From Candidatus Poseidoniaceae archaeon (lineage in GTDB: Archaea; Thermoplasmatota; Poseidoniia; Poseidoniales; Poseidoniaceae), in the NCBI GenBank assembly GCA_016777125.1, contig JADHSC010000003.1, positions 15,164-79,163 on the forward strand: a DNA stretch of 64,000 nt. The letters run 5' to 3'. A model generated the notes under the pieces. It made no database searches, was not told the origin of the DNA, and saw nothing but the letters and a program-made list of their open reading frames with translations. How positions within the stretch are numbered: the stretch's first letter is position 1; every line of letters starts with the position of its first letter. The position numbers and the translations under genes are program-made. This document shows positions 29,201-37,878 of this stretch, one piece after another.

Positions 29201-32200
29201 GTTCATGTTTGGATTGAATGGTATTTGACCGAAATCAGTCGAGATGAGCATTCGATACTCATCTTGACCTGAATCGATACCAATCATACTGGAATCGCCA
29301 TCCAAGTTGACGTCTGCAGTTCCGCTGTAGACGGAAGCATCTTCGACATTGGTGTGAGCCATCTCTTGAATTTCGTTTCCAGTTTGGAATTCATAGGTCC
29401 AAGTGTGATCAAAATTATCTTGTGTCGTCGGATCACCAATACCTACAATCCATCGCGAAGAAGACGGCCCTGGAATAGAACCATTGACTGCTTGAACCCA
29501 CCACTCGAAGGTTGAACCAGGAGTCAAAGAGGTATCAAACACAAAGTTTGTTCCTGTTATCTGACTTGAAATTCCAGATTTGAAATTGTATTGGCCAGAG
29601 GAATTACGGATGGTAACGATGTATCCGGTCGCTCCAGTAACTGGGTTCCAAGAAAGTGTTGGCTTGTCCAATGGTTCAAGCAGAGTTGTTGTTGTATTGT
29701 ACAGCACAGTTCCATCTACAGGTGAGATAAGGACTGGTTGTGCCGGTGGGATAACACCTGCAATGTTATCGACATAATCGACGCGAAGGACAGGACGCAA
29801 GGCTGTCGAGGAAGATTCGCCCGAATGGAATGAATGCAAACTACTTGCTGTTCCAACAGCTGATAGTTTGATGGTCATTGAAAGATTTCCATTAGCAATG
29901 TTTGATTGAGCCAGTGAGGTAATATCCCATTCCAGCCAACCATTTGGTGGCGTTACTGGTAGAGTAGAACGTGTTATTTCTGTCGCATTGCATGTTGGAG
30001 ATTGCAATGCAGTGACGAAACCTTCATTGAATGTTGAACAAGCGTGAGCACTCACAGTTATTGGGGAGACCCCTGTTACTTGTGTTCGATACATACGCAG
30101 CATTACAGAGGTTGGCGTGATTGCACTTGGCCAAGGCATCTGAGACAAATCATATTCAATGAAAATCTCATTGTCCCCAGAAGAACCAGCACCAAGTAAC
30201 AGTGTGGCGCTCGAACCATAATTTGTGTTAAACGATGAAGAGGAAGTGTACGTATCAGGAGCATCAGGGAGTAAACCCGTGCTTGTAAAAATAGACCCAC
30301 TTGAGAGGTTTACAGTATGGTTTCCTAAACCGTCATCGTACCCTTGTGCATCAGGAATACGGTATTTGTTAACTTGAGAATATTCTCCGATTCTGTAGTA
30401 ATCTTCGATTGATTGGTAGGAACGAACGCGCCAGTATTGCCATTCGTCTCCAGATGTTGCATTCGTATTCGCAAGAGTGGTAGTCGATGGATCCCAAGTG
30501 AGGTTGGCCTCAGAGAGAGAAGTGGTATCAGTAGACAAAATACAAGCAAGATCGTAAATCATTCGAGCATCAGATGCAGAACAAATCTGGTATCCTGTTT
30601 CGTTGGAAGACGGAGGAGTCCATGAATGGTTTACATGATCAACTCCAGTTGGACGGGGAGCGGACATATTCCATAGGGTCGAACTGTCAACAGGGAGGAG
30701 ATTTGATGGACTTGAAGCAACATATGGGTTTGTTGTTCTGTATGTTAGATTCAAACTTGGGCGCAGGCTGGTTGAAGTCTCATCACTTGAGAAGAAATCC
30801 ATTCTACCATCGACACTGCTGAAATTCTCTTCAGGTTGAACAAGAATATGGATTGTATTCACTCCTTGAACAAGGGCTTGTTGAATGACTTCCGTAATGT
30901 TTCCAAAGACAGTTTCATCACTTGATTCAACAAGACCTGCCCCGTTCATTGGAACTGAGGTATCGGACGAATGGTAAGCACCTGGAGCATTCCAAGTCGT
31001 TGAGCTTGTCGCATTATTCCAATTTGCATCTGCATCGAATGACGTGAGAACCTTGGAGTGGCTACTCCATACTTCTCCGTACGAACCAGATTCTATGTTA
31101 AGATAAAGTTCAGCAGACATCACTTCAAAGGAATTACTAAGCGGTAATTTCGAGATATCTATTGAGAAGAGAACAGAGGAACGAGCTGATGTACTTGTTG
31201 TGAAGGAGGAACGGCCGAAACTGAGAACACTATTTCCTGCAAGATTTGAATTTGGAGAACCGGAATCGAGTCCAATGTCTTGGATGAAACCAGATGGCTC
31301 GTTAAGAGATGGCAAGAAGCCTCCTTCGGTAATGTTGACGTATCCCCATGTACTGTTAATCTCTTGACCAATGTCATGAGGTATATGGAATACTGAACTT
31401 GTTGAACGTGGACCGAGCATGCTGTTGTTTACGGGTTGAACGAACCAGCGAACACTTTGATTTGTGCTAAGATCGGTCGAAGGTTGGAAGGTTAGACTTT
31501 GCAAATCGAACATTGAAGAATCAACACGTGAATCGTATGTTGTGAATCCTTCCATGATATCAGAAGCATCATTTTGCAGGAAGACTTTCCAATCATCGAT
31601 ATTCGCAGAATTAGAGTGTGTCCAACTCAACACTGGACGTGTATCTGGTTCTGGAACGTGTGTTGACAGATTCCATGACATATCCCCATCAGCAGGTAAT
31701 GCGTTTGCACCAGCCACAGTAGGAATTGTTGAAGTTCCTTCAGTCCATGTGAGATTGAGCCATGGTCGTTGAGTGGTAAGCCCTTCTGTGCTTGCAAAGG
31801 TGATCAGTGAATCAGAAGAATCGCTCGTCATCAGAGCAATTGAAAGATATGAATCACCGTTTGCAAGTGCTGCTTGCACAAGTTCTGTAACATCCCAATC
31901 CATCCAATCTGCACTTGCAGAAGTACTCAAATCACTGAGTTGACCAACATCGTTTCCGATGGAACGGCCGCCATCTAATGTCCATGAATTCGTACCATCA
32001 TAGGTTGAATTGTTGAGGTCAGTCGTCCAAGTTTGCAATACTGGTCGAACTGCAATTTCTGTATTCGTATCAGAACCTACAAGAGCCCACAGATTCAATT
32101 CTGCGTTTGTCACGCGAGCATTCGAAGGTGAAGGAATCTGATCGAGAGGAATCTTCAGGAGTGCTGTCGATTGGTAGCCACTACCAAGTTCTCCAACCTT

Positions 32201-35200
32201 CATCGAGGTGGATGTAGAGTGGTTTTGTTGCCCTTCCATACCTCCTTCGGCCACCCATGTGTCAATGAAATGTGGTAGCCCCAAATCAGGCATAGCTTCC
32301 GCATGACGAATCTCAACTGCTGCGCTGGTTGATGAAAGATTCCATGTTGTTAGAGATGGAATGTTGAAGTGGAATGTTTGCGACCAATTTCCAAGTTGAT
32401 TTGTTGTCGAGATTGTACGTACACGCCAGTACCATGTTTCACCAACTGTCAAATCGTTTTGTGGAGTAAAGGTTTTCCCATTTACATCGAAACCTGCGTT
32501 TGACCATGAAGTCTCAATGCTCATGTAACTGCTGTCAAAGGCGTCGGTTGTATCGACCTGAACGGCATAACCACCAACGCTGATTGCACTGGAATGAGTC
32601 CAATTAAGCATTGGTCGAAGAACTGGCTCAGGATTAATTCCAGGCTGAATGCTCCATGAACCATTCAATGGATTTACTGGAACCGGCTCAACCGGTATGG
32701 CGTTTGAACCTGGGACATAAACGAAACTGAGTTCAGGACGTTTTGCATCAACTGCGCTTCCAGTATGGAATAGCGCATCTCTAATTTGACCTGAACCAGC
32801 ACCAATAATGCCGAGAATAAAGTCTGCAGAATGATTGTCTCTCATCGCGTTTTGCATTGCAAGTGTAACGTTCCAATTAACTGATGAACTGGAAGTATAA
32901 CCACTTCCAATACTTACTGAATCAAGCAATGATGAACGTTCAGATCCCTTTGCGCCAACGGTGCCCCACGTGCTTGACCCATCATAAGTCGCCCAAGTAG
33001 CACCGTCTTCAGTCCAGTTGTTTTGTGTGCTCTCCCAGGCACCAACAGTCGGCGAACCGAATGGGAAATCGCTGAGGTACATTTCTAAATTTGCGGATTC
33101 AACTGCGTAACCATTTGGAAGGAATGTGCTTGATAGATCACATCCAAACAGAATTGTTGTTTCTGATGGAATCGTGTTGTAAGAAACTTGGAGTTCAGTT
33201 TCTTGACCGTAGTTTGAACTTGGCATACCTGAATCAATGTAGGTATCTGCACATGCTGGATGGAGTCCATCCGAACTTGCATTGCCTTGCTTGAGCCTAA
33301 ACTCATAGCGGTCTCCACCAAGCCATGTTGAATTCATGTTACTAATCAGGAATGTCGAATGGGTCCAATCACCATGACGACCATCGGAATCGATGTGGAG
33401 CATCCTCCAGTTGTACATGTGTCCGGCTTCAAGGCTATTGGCACCAGTGAATGAAAAATCTCCGTCACTTGGCAAGAAATCTGAATCAACACGAGTATCA
33501 ACATAAGCGATACGATCATGGTATTGACCGTCTGTTGACAATTCAAAAATCATATCATATGAACTGGATGTGCTAGCAGACCAGGTCAAAGTAGGAGTCG
33601 TATTTCCGGTGAAATTGTGACCTGTTTGATTCCAAAGGGTTTCTCCATCGTAAGGAGAAGTGAGAGAAGGTGCAACGGTTACTGGTGTACCCCATTCATA
33701 TGTGATGTAGAGATATGGTTTGTCAGATTCAGAAGTTGCATCGGAGGAATAGAAGGTTACAGAATCAATTCCAGCATTTGCAGAATAAGCACCATTTTCT
33801 GAGCGCGTTGTGATTGCCAAATCGATTACACCCGTGTTTCCATTATCCAAGTGTTGTTGTAATGTAGGGGTCAAGTCAAACGAAAAGTCATCACTGATCT
33901 GTGAACCAAAAATGCCCGTATCTGTCGCATGACTAATCAATCCTCGGCCTCCGCTTCTCCACCATTGACTGGTTTTATTTTGCAGCCATGTAAGTTCATC
34001 TTCATTCCATGCACCATCATTGTCCATTTCATGTAATGCAAGCGTTGCTGAACCGCTTGAAGTGGATCGGGTAAGATTCAATGAAGCCTCAAGAACTGTT
34101 GCATTTGAGTGCATTCCGAGGGCATCGAATGCCAATCTGAAATGAGGAATAGTCTCTTTGGTTGAAGATAATGTAGCATCCAATGTAGTGGAGGACCCAT
34201 AATTGGTATTCTTGTTATTCTCATCTGCGACCGCATCTTCGATGAAATTCAGGTCTGTTGATAGATCATTAATGTTGACGGCAATTGTAGCTGTCCCATC
34301 TCCGTTATCGATGACGTCGTGTTCAGGGAGGAAGAACGAACCTGTTTCCCATGAACCGAGAATTCCTGTCGTATCCATTGAACGCATTCGATAATGCATG
34401 TAGGTTCCGTTCTCAAAGGCAGCAGATGAAGGGATGGCAAGAGAACCTGTAGTTCCTGCCAAGGTGAATAAGCTCGTTTGAATATCTGAATTAAAAAGCC
34501 AGGCGTAATCGTCTTCCGTACTCTTGAAACTGGAATCGAGTGAAACTTGAACTTCAGCGAGAATACCGGAATATGTATTCCACGTCATTGAGGGTGTTAG
34601 GTCTGCTGAAAGGATGAAATCTCCAGTCATCAATGGCGCACCATCAGAAACGAAATCGGGAGTGATTTGGCCCCCTGCACCAGCAGTTGAGGTTGAAGAG
34701 TCAACGATCATTACTGGCTTGTTAGCGACATTTAGGGTTTCATTGAGTTCACAATCATATTGTGCTTCATGAGCAGAAATTACCAGGTCGAGAGAACTCT
34801 GGCTCGAAGCTACTGCAGCCTGAGTCAAAGCAGTGACATTGAGTTCGACTGTAGAGGAACCACCGCCAATATTGAGCGGGGCTGTAAGATGGAAGGGTTC
34901 CCATCCATCACGATCGGTTGTGCCATCCACACCAGGTTGAGCCCATGCAAGAACTCCATTTCTCGAATTCCAAGTTGCGCTCTCGTTCCATGATGCGCTT
35001 GTTGCGGCCGGATAAACCGCCAAACCATTCGAAGCATCACTACTGCTGCACACAAGGTCAACTCGTGAGGAATGAATCGTATCTGTTGATGCATAATTCA
35101 AAGGGAATGAAATCAAGATTCGGCTATCGCTTGTTCCTGAAACACCCAGCAATCCAGTGTCATCGCTGGAAAAGTCATCGTTTGGAAAATCTGAATCGAT

Positions 35201-35371
35201 GTATGTGTCTGTTGTAGGATTAAGAGTCGAAGTAACATGGAGAACCGTTTGCTCCTCCTCAAGTTGTTCGGGGGCAGGGAAGGCTGATGGGACGAACACA
35301 TCGGCGAGTAAAAACATCAAAACCATGATTATGGCTGCTGAAAGATTTTGGGTATTGGTGGTGGTTCTCAT
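26207..35371 (-). CDS. Giant (3054 aa) surface protein: seven DNRLRE/CBM96-like modules alternating with Fn3-like domains, Ig-like stalk, TM helix and Pro/Gly and Trp-rich tail
   Basis: Repeats start with DTYIDS..P..NYG-like motifs and end with (K/R)P.L; intervening Y.WR(V/M)R-type segments; TM helix YYVGAVLIGLIAVVLLVLLVMAL. Confidence 0.8.
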   Translation of the reverse strand: MRTTTNTQNLSAAIIMVLMFLLADVFVPSAFPAPEQLEEEQTVLHVTSTLNPTTDTYIDSDFPNDDFSSDDTGLLGVSGTSDSRILISFPLNYASTDTIHSSRVDLVCSSSDASNGLAVYPAATSASWNESATWNSRNGVLAWAQPGVDGTTDRDGWEPFHLTAPLNIGGGSSTVELNVTALTQAAVASSQSSLDLVISAHEAQYDCELNETLNVANKPVMIVDSSTSTAGAGGQITPDFVSDGAPLMTGDFILSADLTPSMTWNTYSGILAEVQVSLDSSFKSTEDDYAWLFNSDIQTSLFTLAGTTGSLAIPSSAAFENGTYMHYRMRSMDTTGILGSWETGSFFLPEHDVIDNGDGTATIAVNINDLSTDLNFIEDAVADENNKNTNYGSSTTLDATLSSTKETIPHFRLAFDALGMHSNATVLEASLNLTRSTSSGSATLALHEMDNDGAWNEDELTWLQNKTSQWWRSGGRGLISHATDTGIFGSQISDDFSFDLTPTLQQHLDNGNTGVIDLAITTRSENGAYSANAGIDSVTFYSSDATSESDKPYLYITYEWGTPVTVAPSLTSPYDGETLWNQTGHNFTGNTTPTLTWSASTSSSYDMIFELSTDGQYHDRIAYVDTRVDSDFLPSDGDFSFTGANSLEAGHMYNWRMLHIDSDGRHGDWTHSTFLISNMNSTWLGGDRYEFRLKQGNASSDGLHPACADTYIDSGMPSSNYGQETELQVSYNTIPSETTILFGCDLSSTFLPNGYAVESANLEMYLSDFPFGSPTVGAWESTQNNWTEDGATWATYDGSSTWGTVGAKGSERSSLLDSVSIGSGYTSSSSVNWNVTLAMQNAMRDNHSADFILGIIGAGSGQIRDALFHTGSAVDAKRPELSFVYVPGSNAIPVEPVPVNPLNGSWSIQPGINPEPVLRPMLNWTHSSAISVGGYAVQVDTTDAFDSSYMSIETSWSNAGFDVNGKTFTPQNDLTVGETWYWRVRTISTTNQLGNWSQTFHFNIPSLTTWNLSSTSAAVEIRHAEAMPDLGLPHFIDTWVAEGGMEGQQNHSTSTSMKVGELGSGYQSTALLKIPLDQIPSPSNARVTNAELNLWALVGSDTNTEIAVRPVLQTWTTDLNNSTYDGTNSWTLDGGRSIGNDVGQLSDLSTSASADWMDWDVTELVQAALANGDSYLSIALMTSDSSDSLITFASTEGLTTQRPWLNLTWTEGTSTIPTVAGANALPADGDMSWNLSTHVPEPDTRPVLSWTHSNSANIDDWKVFLQNDASDIMEGFTTYDSRVDSSMFDLQSLTFQPSTDLSTNQSVRWFVQPVNNSMLGPRSTSSVFHIPHDIGQEINSTWGYVNITEGGFLPSLNEPSGFIQDIGLDSGSPNSNLAGNSVLSFGRSSFTTSTSARSSVLFSIDISKLPLSNSFEVMSAELYLNIESGSYGEVWSSHSKVLTSFDADANWNNATSSTTWNAPGAYHSSDTSVPMNGAGLVESSDETVFGNITEVIQQALVQGVNTIHILVQPEENFSSVDGRMDFFSSDETSTSLRPSLNLTYRTTNPYVASSPSNLLPVDSSTLWNMSAPRPTGVDHVNHSWTPPSSNETGYQICSASDARMIYDLACILSTDTTSLSEANLTWDPSTTTLANTNATSGDEWQYWRVRSYQSIEDYYRIGEYSQVNKYRIPDAQGYDDGLGNHTVNLSSGSIFTSTGLLPDAPDTYTSSSSFNTNYGSSATLLLGAGSSGDNEIFIEYDLSQMPWPSAITPTSVMLRMYRTQVTGVSPITVSAHACSTFNEGFVTALQSPTCNATEITRSTLPVTPPNGWLEWDITSLAQSNIANGNLSMTIKLSAVGTASSLHSFHSGESSSTALRPVLRVDYVDNIAGVIPPAQPVLISPVDGTVLYNTTTTLLEPLDKPTLSWNPVTGATGYIVTIRNSSGQYNFKSGISSQITGTNFVFDTSLTPGSTFEWWVQAVNGSIPGPSSSRWIVGIGDPTTQDNFDHTWTYEFQTGNEIQEMAHTNVEDASVYSGTADVNLDGDSSMIGIDSGQDEYRMLISTDFGQIPFNPNMNVHSVDLSLYLTDLDFGAGATGMTLSVHKVLTTGWGETSVTWNGTGAATWGAPGLQPGVDYDSTPLDTFFVSNSQATNQWVQMSLGHRSLFIDGTHGWVIIATVNQGWMTVEFADNSDSTSNLRPLMQMNYTDIDSVTISPTATTTDADTSVTFSASTFDYNSLVATVPIVWSASSGQIDASTGVYTPSTTGVHTITACFGVICADETVTVTPGAPVNLVVTPLTATITSDDTLQLTADVVDQFGNVVPGESITFSPSNGSMGGTFGDVFQPYSVGGQTVSVTWTTITVIVNVQVELGAPSEIVLVGCEGVTPAGTECEITTTLYDQFGNIIPLSEAGALTYSVTDGLYSEATSMYFADQVGTWQFSLTSGIGLSDSITITTGHGAMDSLEIVPSAWDLTADEIIFMNTTRIDIQGNRLPVSLPLANWTFVSDGAVNITFNHPVQWIPTGLGGRVITAQYETISASITVNVTKGAMTGMALIVDSADANDQSYSLTADETLQVKAKATDAKGNRWTIDVNWTISHPSWTDQSVLLYTLSDETEFMPQLASEIPYMIYAEYTSGSVVFSESVSAVVSEGILQIFTMNSVASTGDSSTTYDISADQHIDFSVSLSDGDLNPLEASRLTWLFEDLDSGSIQDMTSTFEADAYHWEATTVGSYRITAFVVNAEGFNYSKQVDISVYHGIAVSLDHALDTLSEDAGESIDIIITGTDNDGNTFPQDVEWTEDGTLSSRIVPLANLDGERIPGGYLYQASVAGEHVMVYSTPSATNTFELSIQPQMVVAYLEVVLSATTVDQQASIDVTVEAKDMFYNPIPVPSSARVDSTGRGTVKELGPGQWRVTTLDSGGQTITVTAGQVSESLEIEVTGTFGGFFAAGGALYYVGAVLIGLIAVVLLVLLVMALRSGRDDDDWDDDYDEDDEDSAPATRGPSGPAPGTGPSGPAPGTGPSNPPPEAEEKEDTSWMVEHRVDDDGTEWAQNEDETWYYREPGQTDWAVWED
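26358..26422 (-). repeat. Imperfect 27-bp coding tandem repeat (GPSGPAPGT x2, plus GPS)
   Basis: ggaccagttccagg(t/c)gcagg(g/a)ccact occurs twice at 27-bp spacing; it encodes a Pro/Gly linker in the cytoplasmic tail. Confidence 0.7.
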
Positions 35372-35419
35372 GGCGCTCGCTTCGGCTAAGATGTGGAAGG
35401 TTATGACTGATTCGCTCTA

Positions 35420-35438
35420 CGCCCCCCATAGGGGGGCG
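35420..35438. promoter_or_regulatory. GC-rich palindrome CGCCCCCC-ATA-GGGGGGCG in the divergent intergenic region
   Basis: Perfect 8-bp inverted repeat between the starts of the 3054-aa gene and rfcS; function unknown. Confidence 0.35.
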
Positions 35439-35500
35439 CTCAATTTTGTCAATTCAAATCCAACCGAATGTTGAAGGAGGCTCGGCATTCTCTTGACGAT

Positions 35501-36457
35501 ATGAGCGAGTTATGGGTTGAGCGCCATCGGCCACAAAGTGTCTCTGAAATACGTGGCCAAGCCTCCGTAGTAAGCCGATTAAAGGTCTATGCAGAACACA
35601 AGGAATTCCCACACTTGCTTTTCGCAGGCCCACCCGGGACAGGAAAGACTACCGCAGCAATGGCACTGACCAAAGACGTCTATGGGAAAAATTTCCGTGA
35701 CAATCTTCTTGAAATGAACGCATCCGACGAGAGAGGATTGGATAAAATACGTTCAAAGGTCAAACAATTTGCACGTACGCAGCCATATGGCGATGCAAAA
35801 TTTAAGATTATTTTCCTTGATGAATCCGATGCACTAACAAACGATGCTCAAGGCGCACTTCGGCGTATTATGGAGCAGTATGCCGAGACATGTCGATTCA
35901 TTCTATCTTGCAACTATTCTTCAAAGGTGATTGAACCAATTCAATCACGATGCGCAGTGTTTCGATTTCGCCCCCTCGCAGATTCGGATGTACTCGATCA
36001 GGTAAAGCACGTCGCGAAAGAGGAGAAGGTGACGCTCGAAGATGATGCGGCAGAAGCATTGGCTCGAATTGCCCAAGGTGATTTGAGAAGGGCAATCACT
36101 GCCCTACAAGTTTCAGCTGCAATCAGCAACACTATTTCCAGAACGGTTGTTTATGAAACATCAGCAACTGCTCCACCTGAAGCATTGCATCAATACATCA
36201 TGGCATGTCGAGAAGATGGATTTCACGTTGCACGAAGAAGGCTTCAAGAACTTCTCGACCGATATGGTTTGGCAGGGACTGATTTTGTCGGTCAACTACA
36301 TCGAGAATTATACGGTGTTGATTTTATTTCGGAAACCGACAAATTGGATCTGACTGAGGTCATGGCTGAAGTTGATTATCGTCTTGTTGAGGGTGGTGGC
36401 GAGCGCATACAACTCGATGCTATGACCGCTCGATTGGTATCAATGCTCAAACCCTGA
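35501..36457 (+). CDS. rfcS: Replication factor C small subunit
   Basis: LWVERHRP, GPPGTGKTT, EMNASDERG, IIFLDESD and SRC motif; no intein. Confidence 0.96.
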   Translation: MSELWVERHRPQSVSEIRGQASVVSRLKVYAEHKEFPHLLFAGPPGTGKTTAAMALTKDVYGKNFRDNLLEMNASDERGLDKIRSKVKQFARTQPYGDAKFKIIFLDESDALTNDAQGALRRIMEQYAETCRFILSCNYSSKVIEPIQSRCAVFRFRPLADSDVLDQVKHVAKEEKVTLEDDAAEALARIAQGDLRRAITALQVSAAISNTISRTVVYETSATAPPEALHQYIMACREDGFHVARRRLQELLDRYGLAGTDFVGQLHRELYGVDFISETDKLDLTEVMAEVDYRLVEGGGERIQLDAMTARLVSMLKP

Positions 36458-36460
36458 ACT

Positions 36461-36478
36461 TTTCACTTTCACTTTCAC
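36461..36478 (+). repeat. (TTTCAC)3 tandem hexamer just after the rfcS stop; possible pyrimidine-rich terminator
   Basis: tttcac tttcac tttcac begins 4 nt after the TGA. Confidence 0.5.
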
Positions 36479-36526
36479 ATTTACTGCCTGAAAAAAGTAA
36501 CAGTATCTTTGAATTGACGCAAGAAT

Positions 36527-36703
36527 ATGAACCAATCAACTCGAATCATGTTTGACGCCCTATCTTGGACACCTCTTGCCCCTTTGGTCAGGACATACCG
36601 ACGTAAACAAGTCGAAACTATGACGGCTCAATTACGAGTCACAATCGAAATCGATTCGTTGTTCGAACGAATTCTAGAGAATCATTCTGATATGCTTTCC
36701 TGA
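36527..36703 (+). CDS. Putative small hypothetical protein (58 aa)
   Basis: ATG-initiated ORF MNQSTRIMFDALSWTPLAPLVRTYRRKQVETMTAQLRVTIEIDSLFERILENHSDMLS* fills an otherwise empty gap; below the ORF-track cut-off. Confidence 0.4.
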   Translation: MNQSTRIMFDALSWTPLAPLVRTYRRKQVETMTAQLRVTIEIDSLFERILENHSDMLS

Positions 36704-37611
36704 TCAAATGGGGATGCGTTGATTATTTCAAGCGTCCAAGAGTAGGTCTGAACATTTTCCCAAGGATCTCCTTTTTCCGTAATCACCACTGTGATTGTAT
36801 GAGTTCCTTCGCCCAAATCTGTTCCTAAAAAGATTGCAAAGGGTTGATCTTGGTCTCCGTGAGGAGTCAAGTTTGGTGAACTCTTATTCGAGCTTGAAGT
36901 ACCATTCTTAATCGCCTCAGCATTATCATACCAGTACGATTCATTCACTTCCCTAGTTGATACATTTGCTTGATATTCCCGAGTCACTTCAACTGAAGCG
37001 CCATCGGAATTTTTGTTATCCATTAGACCGAATAAAAGCCATGCATCCCCTTGCAGAGTAGTTGTTCCGTTGGTGTGCCAAGTAAGTGTCGCCCCTCTAG
37101 TTGAAACATCGAACGGATATTCGATTGCTTCACCATCGTCTGCAATTACCGTCCAAGATTTCGCTAATTCGGGGGCTGCAATATCTCCAAATGGCGGATT
37201 AACAACCAAGAAAGACAATGCTAAGAACGTGAATGTGTGGAGGAAGGCAGCCTTGAACCAAGTGCCCCCACCGTAATGCTCAACAAAGTGTTCTGGCATA
37301 ACTGTTCGATGAAGCGTTGGAATGAGGAATATGCAAGTTAATGGAAGTATGTACAGAATTTTTGAGTTCTCTGGATCAGTTACGCCCATCAGGACATATC
37401 TCATGAGGAGAGTAACCAAAAGTGCGAATCCTAAAACCAGCCACATTGAGGCCATATCTGCCTTCTCTTTTGCGACGTGCTTTACTGGGTCAAAGGGTTC
37501 GATTCCAAGGTTGCGGCCAGTCCGACGTACCTTCTTTTCCTTACCATCTCCAGGCGTTCGTTGTCGGCGCTCACCCTGCGCCGCCGTCATCGCTGTGGAG
37601 AGGTCGACCAT
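36682..37611 (-). CDS. Hypothetical membrane protein (about 3 TM helices plus extracellular domain)
   Basis: Basic N-terminus, three hydrophobic helices ending in NPPFGD, then a polar domain. Confidence 0.72.
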   Translation of the reverse strand: MVDLSTAMTAAQGERRQRTPGDGKEKKVRRTGRNLGIEPFDPVKHVAKEKADMASMWLVLGFALLVTLLMRYVLMGVTDPENSKILYILPLTCIFLIPTLHRTVMPEHFVEHYGGGTWFKAAFLHTFTFLALSFLVVNPPFGDIAAPELAKSWTVIADDGEAIEYPFDVSTRGATLTWHTNGTTTLQGDAWLLFGLMDNKNSDGASVEVTREYQANVSTREVNESYWYDNAEAIKNGTSSSNKSSPNLTPHGDQDQPFAIFLGTDLGEGTHTITVVITEKGDPWENVQTYSWTLEIINASPFDQESISE

Positions 37612-37708
37612 ACCCCTGCGGATGAGTGAAAGCGAATGAAGGATGCGGTCGGATTCCTTCGATTACAACCCGCATTATTCAAATGGGGGTTTTCGCAGGC
37701 GAGGTTAG

Positions 37709-37838
37709 GCCGGGGTGGCGTAGTTGGTAGCGCGTCGGACTCATAGGGCAGCCTGAAGGCGATCGTATGACGTGCAAACCCCCTTGTGGTGTCTGAGACA
37801 TCCGAAGGTCGCGGGTTCGAGCCCCGCTCCCGGCACCA
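37709..37838 (+). tRNA. tRNA-Met(CAT), elongator type, with a 54-nt intron (37746-37799) at position 37/38 and encoded CCA
   Basis: Acceptor stem GCCGGGG/TCCCGGC, anticodon arm TCGGA-CTCATA^A-TCCGA, T-loop GGTTCGAGCC. Bulge-helix-bulge: CTCA/TGAG central helix with TAG and ACA bulges, flanked by GGCA/TGTC. Confidence 0.92.
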
Positions 37839-37878
37839 CCATCGTAGCGTTGAAGGGCTTGGCTGTGCAGCAAGTATC

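Noticed and set aside
35501-36457. Intein in the RFC small subunit (also checked in DP1)
   Set aside because: Protein lengths are normal and no intein splice motifs are present.
37786-37878. N-terminal extension of gatD, and minus-strand ORFs 37587-37991 and 37679-37873
   Set aside because: They overlap the tRNA-Met gene; GatD similarity starts at ATG 37879.
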